DNA of 5,910 nucleotides from a virus (Duplodnaviria; Heunggongvirae; Uroviricota; Caudoviricetes): IMG/VR virus record IMGVR_UViG_2531839237_000018; one strand, 5' to 3'. Shown piece by piece: positions 1 to 5,660 of this stretch (position 1 is its first letter; each line of letters starts with the position of its first letter). The notes under the pieces were generated by a model. It saw only the letters and a program-made list of their open reading frames with translations, ran no database searches and was not told where the DNA came from. The position numbers and the translations under genes were made by a program.

Positions 1-1044
1 CAGGGTCATGTCCGGGTATTCCTTCTGACCCAGCGCATTTTTACGCATGGACAGTGCCAGGGCATTGGTGCTGGACATCAGCCAGACCGCACCGGTGGGC
101 TGCAGGTTTGCTGCCACAAACTGTCCAAACGCAGCCTCGGCATCCGCATCCGGGTTACCGGTTGATGCCGTGCCCTTCACATCATGGGTGATGGACGCCG
201 GGGAGACATCTGCCACTGCGGCTTTTTTCGGGTCCACAAAGTCTGTATCCAGACGCGCCACCACCGCTTCCGCCAGCGCATTACGGACCAGTGCATCAGC
301 AGCCGGACTGGAAAAACGGATCAATTCTTCCGTCAGTACCGCAATGGCCGACACCTTCGCATGACTGAAGGTGATGGATTCAAAATCAAACTTCGTCAGG
401 GGTTTTGCCTTACCCTCACCCACCCAGCCGGCAGCACCGCCGGACACCTGGGCGTGCACACGGATATTGAATGGCACCTGACGAAGTGCAGGGATCCCGC
501 CCTGACCAAATCGCCCGATAATGGTCTGCGGACGCAGGTAATCAATAAAGTCCTGTGCGTATTCCTGATATTCAGACAGGCTGCCTGCCCACTGCGGATC
601 CGTGGTGGTCCCCGCGCCCACTGCCGATTTCAGGACATGATGCAGACGACTGTCATCCGGATACTGACGACGGGCCACTTCCAGGGCTTCAGATCGGACG
701 CCTTTAGCCGCAGCCAGCGATTTGGCAAAGCGGGCGAAGCCAATCCCCTTATCCAGTTTCTGCTCCACACGGATCACCGGCGCAGAAGCCACCGCGGCCA
801 CATTCCCGTTACCGGCCTGTTTCACCGGCTGCGCCGTGGCGGCCTTACCGGCTTCCAGTTCACGCAGGCGCTTCAGGTGCGCATCCACCTGACGGATTTC
901 CGCTGCGGTGTTGTCGTAATGCTCTTCCTCCTCCACATCCAGCGTGCGCCCTTCCTCTGCGGCTTTGGTCATGACCTCCTCAAGGGAGGCTGCCAGCGCT
1001 GCACGCTTGTTTTCAAAACTTTTAATCTGTTCGCCAATATTCAT
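1..1044 (-). CDS. HK97-fold major capsid protein (partial; C-terminal end lies beyond the window start)
   Basis: Hand translation of the minus strand from ATG at 1044..1042 gives an open frame to position 1 (348 codons); it is absent from the ORF track because no stop lies in the window. It begins MNIGEQIKSFENKRAALAASLEEVMTKAAEEGRTLDVEEEEHYDNTAAEIRQVDAHLKRLRELE (charged coiled-coil, delta/scaffold-like N-terminus) and the in-window part ends ...AVWLMSSTNALALSMRKNALGQKEYPDMTL. The start overlaps the protease stop (TAATG) and AGGAAAAGA lies just upstream. Position directly after a prohead protease fits an HK97-type capsid gene. Confidence 0.85.
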   Translation of the reverse strand, partial: MNIGEQIKSFENKRAALAASLEEVMTKAAEEGRTLDVEEEEHYDNTAAEIRQVDAHLKRLRELEAGKAATAQPVKQAGNGNVAAVASAPVIRVEQKLDKGIGFARFAKSLAAAKGVRSEALEVARRQYPDDSRLHHVLKSAVGAGTTTDPQWAGSLSEYQEYAQDFIDYLRPQTIIGRFGQGGIPALRQVPFNIRVHAQVSGGAAGWVGEGKAKPLTKFDFESITFSHAKVSAIAVLTEELIRFSSPAADALVRNALAEAVVARLDTDFVDPKKAAVADVSPASITHDVKGTASTGNPDADAEAAFGQFVAANLQPTGAVWLMSSTNALALSMRKNALGQKEYPDMTL

Positions 1045-1619
1045 TATGGTCTTTTCCTTATGAAAAACGGTTGTTGACTGTGCCGCAGCGCCGGCAGAAG
1101 ATGCGATTTCACCACCGGTTTCCGGTTGCCGGACGCGGCAGAAAACGGGCGGTCGTAAGATTTAATGGTCCGGATGGTGCATTCCGCATTCGCGGGCACG
1201 GTGACGGCAGACACCTCCATCAGTTCCCAGCGCAGAAAATGCAGTCCGCCTCCGTCCAGAAAGGTGTATTCATGGGGACGGAAGCCCACGGACAGCCCCC
1301 TGACCAGCCCGGTCTTAATGGCCGCCCAGACCTCATCCAGCCGGGCAGCCAGTTGCGACGGCATATCCGGTACGGGCTTCACCAGTGTTGCCGTGATTTC
1401 CAGCCCTTCGCTGACCCGGCGCACCGTACACTGCCCCACCGGGCGGGAATGGTCATGCTGCCAGAGAAACGGGATCGCACTGCCAAACTCCGCGCCCTCC
1501 GGCTCCAGGATGTCACCATCCCGATCCGGAGAAGGCGTTGACGCAATCCCGGTGATCACCCGTTCATCCTCACTGAAGGATTTCACCGTCAGCAGGGAAC
1601 AGGCCCGTTTAAGAGTCAC
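1044..1619 (-). CDS. HK97-family prohead maturation protease (S78-like)
   Basis: 191-aa ORF with family-typical blocks: ITGIASTPSPDRDGDILEPEGAEF, FLWQHDHSRPVG, GLSVGFRP, EVSAVTVPANAECTI. GTG start at 1619 preceded by AGGAGG with a 5-nt spacer. Stop overlaps the capsid start. Confidence 0.82.
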   Translation of the reverse strand: MTLKRACSLLTVKSFSEDERVITGIASTPSPDRDGDILEPEGAEFGSAIPFLWQHDHSRPVGQCTVRRVSEGLEITATLVKPVPDMPSQLAARLDEVWAAIKTGLVRGLSVGFRPHEYTFLDGGGLHFLRWELMEVSAVTVPANAECTIRTIKSYDRPFSAASGNRKPVVKSHLLPALRHSQQPFFIRKRP

Positions 1620-1630
1620 ATCAGCCTCCT

Positions 1631-1657
1631 GAAAATAAAAAAACCGCCGCAGCGGTT
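1631..1657 (-). terminator. Candidate intrinsic terminator/attenuator between terL and the protease gene (minus strand)
   Basis: On the minus strand: AACCGC-TGCG-GCGGTT hairpin (1657..1642) followed by TTTTTATTTT, then the protease SD AGGAGG. Short stem, so strength is uncertain. Confidence 0.4.
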
Positions 1658-1682
1658 CATGATGGTTACAGTGTGAACAGGG

Positions 1683-3344
1683 TTATATGAAAAAAACCGC
1701 ATATTCTTTCTTTTTCGGTTCCGGGTTAAGGGACATCAGGGAGACCGCATTGAACAGCGCCATCAGCGGGTCAATTTTTCCCCGTCCACTGGCCTGTTTG
1801 GTGATAAGAATGGCGTTACCTTTAGGCTCCACCCGGGCATTGCCGACACACCAGGCCATCAGGGGCTGGTCACCATGCACCAGCACCCCTTCAGCCAGTT
1901 TGCGCTCGGTGGTTTTAATGGCCCCGCCCAGTTTCCAGCCCTGGCTTATCCCCACCACAATTCCGTCGGGGATCCCGGCTTCCGCCAGTGAATCCAGAAT
2001 CTGCCCCACCCCTGACGGGTCAATACCGATATGGTCCAGTAACTCAGCCTCATGAATGCGACGCACATATTCCGCCACTTCCGCCGTGTCATCCCCGACA
2101 CGCCGGACAATGGTCATATCTCCACAGGCAACAAGATCCTGAAACCGGGACGCCTCGCTCTTCCGTCGGACCACCGCGGTTTCATGCGCCCAGGCATGGC
2201 CCCAGCCCAGCCATTCGCGGGTTTCCCTGTCACGGCCAATCACGTACATTCCCAGCAGATCATCCAGGCCCCCGCCGTCAATCCCCACCGTCACCACATC
2301 AGCGCGCTGCAGGATATCGTCCAGGCTGACGCGCCTGCCCTGCTGCTCCCAGAAATCCGCACCCGCCCAGCGGTCAGAACGCAGGGCAAGACCAATTTCC
2401 ACATTGGCATGTTTTGACATGAAGCCACGAAATGCTTCCTCACCAGCCTCCCGGGCTTTACGGTACTCCCGGTACAGAAAAGCCTCATCCACCGAATAAC
2501 CGAGATTCGGGTTAACCATGGCGAGGTTTTCCATCAGCAGGTGAGCCCCGCTTTCCACCATTTCAGGAGGATGCTCAAAAATCACCGGCAGAAAGTGCGG
2601 ATCATGAATTTTGCCGTCACGGACATCCCGGGCGTACTGCAGTTTCTGTCTGAACACCCCGGCTGGCGGCTCATTCGACTGGGTGGTCGTATACACCACA
2701 AACCCTTCCGGGCGGGAGGCAAGGCCGCCTATGGCTTCACGTAACATGTCCTCCGCTTTGTACTGCTTGCCAAATAACCACAGTTCATCAATCAGCGTCC
2801 CCACGGACTTGATACCGGATACCGTATTCGGATCGGCAGCCACCACCTTCAGGGTGGTGTCCGTCACCCTGTGGGTGATGGTCCGGATATGTGTCTGCAC
2901 CTGACAGAGGTCATCCAGATCATCGTCCCGTCGTACCATATCCCTGGCAGGGTTGAAGGCGTTAGCCGCCACCTCCACGGTCGGGGCCAGAATGGTGTAG
3001 CCCGCCGCCTGCCGCCAGTTCAGTAACAGCGCCGTCATCATGATCCCGGCAGCCAGCGTGGACTTGCTGTTTTTCTTGGGGATAAGGATAAAAACTTCCT
3101 TGATATGGCGTACACCGGTCTGCGCATCGTAGGAGCCAAACAGGGCCGCCACCAGGTCAAACACCCACTGTGCGCAGGACTCCCCGAACGTCGGGCTGCC
3201 CGGTGCATCCACAATCCGCAGTTGTTTAAAAATCGCCAGGGCATGTGCGGCCTGCTCCGGATAAATCGGAGCCGGAATAATCGACAGCCCCTTTTTCAGG
3301 CGCTCTGCCCAGTCCGGGCAGGCCGTGCTCCACACAGGTATCAT
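1683..3344 (-). CDS. terL: Terminase large subunit (COG4626/Terminase_1-like ATPase-nuclease)
   Basis: 553-aa ORF. Walker A-like FILIPKKNSKST near the N-terminal third; nuclease-domain-like VTVGIDGGGLDD, IGIDPSGVG and GKIDPLMALFNAV blocks. ATG start overlaps the terS stop (ATGA at 3341..3344). Confidence 0.9.
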   Translation of the reverse strand: MIPVWSTACPDWAERLKKGLSIIPAPIYPEQAAHALAIFKQLRIVDAPGSPTFGESCAQWVFDLVAALFGSYDAQTGVRHIKEVFILIPKKNSKSTLAAGIMMTALLLNWRQAAGYTILAPTVEVAANAFNPARDMVRRDDDLDDLCQVQTHIRTITHRVTDTTLKVVAADPNTVSGIKSVGTLIDELWLFGKQYKAEDMLREAIGGLASRPEGFVVYTTTQSNEPPAGVFRQKLQYARDVRDGKIHDPHFLPVIFEHPPEMVESGAHLLMENLAMVNPNLGYSVDEAFLYREYRKAREAGEEAFRGFMSKHANVEIGLALRSDRWAGADFWEQQGRRVSLDDILQRADVVTVGIDGGGLDDLLGMYVIGRDRETREWLGWGHAWAHETAVVRRKSEASRFQDLVACGDMTIVRRVGDDTAEVAEYVRRIHEAELLDHIGIDPSGVGQILDSLAEAGIPDGIVVGISQGWKLGGAIKTTERKLAEGVLVHGDQPLMAWCVGNARVEPKGNAILITKQASGRGKIDPLMALFNAVSLMSLNPEPKKKEYAVFFI

Positions 3345-3904
3345 CCGTTGCCCTCATTATCATTATTCACCACCAGGCGGGGTGGTGGTGGCACCGCAAA
3401 ACGGTTAGCCGCTTTTTTCGCCGCGTCACCTTTTGCCGATTTTTTACCGGCATCCCCTTTTTTGTGGTGCGTGAACTGCGCCAGCTTATAAGCCGCATCC
3501 AGCGCCAGCCTGGGGTCGGTATTAATGTTCTCCACCAGAAGACGCCCCATCGCTTTCACCGGATCGGGAAGACCGTCCTCCATATACTCAATACCAGGAG
3601 ATATCACCACGGGCGGTGGCATCTCCGGATTTGTTTCGTCCGGCTGTGGTATTGCAGCCGCCTCACGGCGACGGGGTTTATCCTCCGGCTCTGATTTTTT
3701 CTGCCGATAAACAGGAACCTCATCCACCTCCACCGTCTCGCACTGTTTACGGGCTATAAACGCAAGCACCTCCGGATCTTTTGCCAGCTGCGAGCCTTTA
3801 ACCCTGGCTGTCTTCGCCGAATAACCGGCGGCAAGGGCTGACGCTGTTTTGTTTTTCCCGGACATGAGCGCCAGCGCAAATTTTCGTTTTTGCGTTGTCA
3901 GCAC
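3341..3904 (-). CDS. terS: Terminase small subunit (Terminase_2-like, N-terminal HTH)
   Basis: 187-aa ORF. N-terminus KRKFALALMSGKNKTASALAAGYSAKTARVKGSQLAKDPEV matches the conserved small-terminase HTH pattern (LT.KQ.KF...GN.T.AA..AGYS.KTA). Basic, Pro/Lys/Ala-rich C-terminal tail. GTG start at 3904 with GGAGGAGG immediately upstream (short spacer); translationally coupled to terL. Confidence 0.8.
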   Translation of the reverse strand: MLTTQKRKFALALMSGKNKTASALAAGYSAKTARVKGSQLAKDPEVLAFIARKQCETVEVDEVPVYRQKKSEPEDKPRRREAAAIPQPDETNPEMPPPVVISPGIEYMEDGLPDPVKAMGRLLVENINTDPRLALDAAYKLAQFTHHKKGDAGKKSAKGDAAKKAANRFAVPPPPRLVVNNDNEGNG

Positions 3905-4193
3905 AGCCTCCTCCCGGGTCCAGAACGCACTCAGCCGGGTATGGTTCAGCCCATTTTTCCCGGCGTCTCATGCCGCAAATGTTAACTGCTGCCTGGTTAA
4001 CATTTGCTGAAAAAGCCAGTTAACATTTTTTCCGCACAACAAACTGAATAATAAAGATAAAAACCGCAAAAATGCCCGGACAGCCAGTTAACATGTTAAC
4101 TGCCCTGAAACGGGAATTTTTTCTCTGCGTGAGAGGGGGCGCGGTGTCCAGGGCGATCGTTTTTTTTCGCCGGATGATCCCCCCCGGGTCTGG
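3905..4193. other. Candidate cos region (packaging recognition and nicking site) between HNH and terS
   Basis: 289-bp non-coding gap in the HNH-[gap]-terS-terL arrangement typical of HK97-like cos phages. Contains the motif array listed separately, an A/T-rich block (4040..4075), and a G+C-rich segment with C7 (4179..4185) and T8 (4160..4167) runs. Confidence 0.5.
3978..4103. repeat. Five copies of a GTTAAC-cored 10-11 bp motif (CAGTTAACAT and its reverse complement), including a perfect 18-bp palindrome
   Basis: GTTAAC cores at 3981..3986, 3996..4001, 4019..4024, 4087..4092 and 4095..4100. Extended matches: ATGTTAACTG (3979..3988), TGGTTAACAT (3994..4003, one mismatch to CAGTTAACAT), CAGTTAACAT (4016..4025), CAGTTAACAT (4085..4094), ATGTTAACTG (4093..4102). 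The last two overlap as the palindrome CAGTTAACATGTTAACTG (4085..4102). Confidence 0.8.
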
Positions 4194-4559
4194 TCACAGG
4201 CCAGTGATTCCGTCGGCCCTGAGCGTGCCATCAGGAAGCTCAGGCAACGTCGGATCAGGCATACCACTCGCCGCTTCACTCGCTGACTTCTGGCGATGGC
4301 ATTCAGTACAGAGGGTCCAGAGGTTCGTCTCCTCATTACCACCACCGAACTGAAGTGCAATGCGGTGATCGAGTTCACTGTCACAAAGGTCAACCACGCG
4401 TCTACAGAGACAACAGTGTCCGGCATCCCTCCGCCAGATACGACGTTTGAGGGAAACCCGGGCACTGCCACTGACACGACGCTGTTCCCCCCTCAGGACA
4501 TTTATCCGCCGGGTGTTCAGAGTTTTGATTCTGCCCGGTAACGTACGAAGCACAGCCAT
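4194..4559 (-). CDS. Phage HNH endonuclease (packaging-associated type)
   Basis: 121-aa ORF with HNH signature: HCCLCRR ... DHRIALQFGGGNEETNLWTLCTECHRQK. ATG at 4559 with GAGGA 8 nt upstream. Sits immediately upstream of the cos gap and terS-terL. Confidence 0.85.
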   Translation of the reverse strand: MAVLRTLPGRIKTLNTRRINVLRGEQRRVSGSARVSLKRRIWRRDAGHCCLCRRVVDLCDSELDHRIALQFGGGNEETNLWTLCTECHRQKSASEAASGMPDPTLPELPDGTLRADGITGL

Positions 4560-4600
4560 GTAAAATCCTCGCCATATAGCTTGTCACCAGAGGAAAGAAA

Positions 4601-4786
4601 ATGTCATCGAAAAACCGGCCCCGCAGAACCACAATCCGCAATATCCGTTTCCCCAATCACATGATTGAACAGATCAATATCGCCCTTGAACATAAAGGTT
4701 CCGGTAACTTTTCAGCGTGGGTTATTGAAGCCTGCAGAAGAAGGCTGTCAACAGAGCGTTCGGGTATGAATTACATAATTAAGTAA
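4601..4786 (+). CDS. Small ribbon-helix-helix-like DNA-binding protein (resembles the DUF3950 / YlcI-YnfO prophage family; recalled from memory, not searched)
   Basis: 61-aa ORF MSSKNRPRRTTIRNIRFPNHMIEQINIALEHKGSGNFSAWVIEACRRRL...: basic N-terminus, a beta-strand-like TTIRNIRFP, then two helices. AGGAAAG 5-6 nt upstream of the ATG. Opposite strand to the late operon. Confidence 0.6.
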   Translation: MSSKNRPRRTTIRNIRFPNHMIEQINIALEHKGSGNFSAWVIEACRRRLSTERSGMNYIIK

Positions 4787-4789
4787 CAT

Positions 4790-5200
4790 GGTGTTCACAG
4801 AACACACAGTTACCGGACACATCAGTTTTCCATTCGTCCCCCGGCAGTACAGGCTTCCCGTCTGACGGGATAGCCTGAAAAAACACAGAAAATTATTTGT
4901 TATAATTAATATAACTTACTCAAAAAAAAGCGACGAGAAAATCAGCATCAACGAGCAATAAGCGCCAATACGTGATAACAAATGGCAGCCATATTTATCT
5001 GCAGTATAAGCAATGGACAGGATAACCACACCAGAAACCGTCAGCATAAAATCCATTTGAACTTCCCCGGACAAAATCGACTCATCTAAAGATTTACAGC
5101 TCTTTTTATTATCAATATGTTAAAAGTAAAATAAACAGATGTTCAATAATACGAATACAAAAACGTGCTGAAAATCAATGAATCCATTTCTGTGTTATCA
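4790..5200. other. A+T-rich island (moron-like insert) with little coding capacity
   Basis: Composition drops sharply relative to the flanking G+C-rich phage genes (by eye; not computed). Long A/T runs, TATAAT-like hexamers, and only one short plausible ORF. Confidence 0.5.
4916..5056 (-). CDS. Hypothetical 46-aa hydrophobic peptide (possible small membrane protein); speculative
   Basis: Hand translation MDFMLTVSGVVILSIAYTADKYGCHLLSRIGAYCSLMLIFSSLFFE. ATG at 5056 with GGGGAAG 5 nt upstream. Two hydrophobic stretches. Below the ORF-track size cutoff; could be a chance ORF in AT-rich DNA. Confidence 0.2.
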   Translation of the reverse strand: MDFMLTVSGVVILSIAYTADKYGCHLLSRIGAYCSLMLIFSSLFFE

Positions 5201-5412
5201 ATTAATAGTGATAAACATCCGGCTTCTTCCACCATCGCACCGGACCAGCGACCATGAGGGGACAACGCCGCGCTCCGTTAACGCGGTAAACCCCGGTGTG
5301 TATCGTTTTTGATTATCCCCGCACACTCGCGCAGAGGATTCTCCCGGTCGGGCTGCGGTCTCTGTTAATGCAGGAATACGGCGACAATACCGCGCATGAA
5401 TAATAAGGTCGC

Positions 5413-5637
5413 TCAACACACTGGCTGTAATGCAGCGGATACCATGCGGCATTTAGCGGCATTCATCGTACACTCAACGGTTAGCTCTTCATTCGTGGCA
5501 TTCACCTGAAAGGTCCTGGAGTGTAATTGCGTACATTTACCACTGAACGAACCTTCAACAAGAACACGACCACGCTGCAAAATACGGAACGGAATTGTTC
5601 CCTGAAAAGGCTTTACGGTTACCAATAATTTCTTCAT
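5413..5637 (-). CDS. Hypothetical 74-aa protein immediately downstream of Rz in the late operon
   Basis: ATG at 5637 preceded by GGAG with a 5-nt spacer, 23 nt after the Rz stop. Product MKKLLVTVKPFQGTIPFRILQRGRVLVEGSFSGKCTQLHSRTFQVNATNEELTVECTMNAAKCRMVSAALQPVC (4 Cys, no obvious signal peptide). The track extends it to a TTG at 5655, which I consider less likely. No family recognised. Confidence 0.4.
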   Translation of the reverse strand: MKKLLVTVKPFQGTIPFRILQRGRVLVEGSFSGKCTQLHSRTFQVNATNEELTVECTMNAAKCRMVSAALQPVC

Positions 5638-5660
5638 GCATTCTCCGAATAACAAAAATA

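Noticed and set aside
47-1077. Plus-strand ORFs 47..364 and 184..1077
   Set aside because: Antisense to the major capsid gene; low-complexity, Arg/Cys/His-rich translations typical of the reverse strand of a G+C-rich gene, with no start-site signals.
1071-1632. Plus-strand ORFs 1071..1541 and 1165..1632
   Set aside because: Antisense to the prohead protease gene; Arg-rich shadow ORFs.
1687-3491. Plus-strand ORFs (1687..2055, 1988..2329, 2052..2417, 2541..2744, 2611..2904, 3105..3491) and minus ORFs 2291..2488 and 3038..3244
   Set aside because: All lie within terL in alternative frames or antisense; the 553-aa terL frame with recognisable motifs explains this region.
3464-3710. Plus-strand ORFs 3464..3694 and 3525..3710
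   Set aside because: Antisense to terS; no independent support.
4523-4600. Sigma70 promoter for the RHH gene within the HNH 5' region (TTGATT, TAAAAT, TATAGC hexamers)
   Set aside because: No pair of -35/-10-like hexamers has acceptable spacing, so the promoter location is unresolved.
4072-4656. ORFs 4072..4353 (+), 4088..4477 (-), 4296..4541 (+) and 4402..4656 (-)
   Set aside because: Overlap the HNH gene in other frames or strands, or run into the non-coding cos gap; the HNH frame with its motif is the supported call.
4850-4877. Imperfect palindrome CAGGCT-T-CCCG-TCTGA-CGGG-AT-AGCCTG considered as a terminator for the RHH gene or late operon
   Set aside because: The A-run follows the hairpin on the plus strand and the T-run precedes it on the minus strand, so a U-tract is 3' of the stem in neither direction. 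It may still be a structured or protein-binding element.
5193-5215. Inverted repeat TTATCA-N8-TGATAA, Fur-box-like in composition
   Set aside because: Only a 6-bp arm in A+T-rich DNA with a poor match to the Fur consensus; likely chance.
5198-5452. Minus-strand 84-aa ORF
   Set aside because: Overlaps the 3' end of the 74-aa gene in another frame, is rich in rare Arg/Gly codons, and has no SD.
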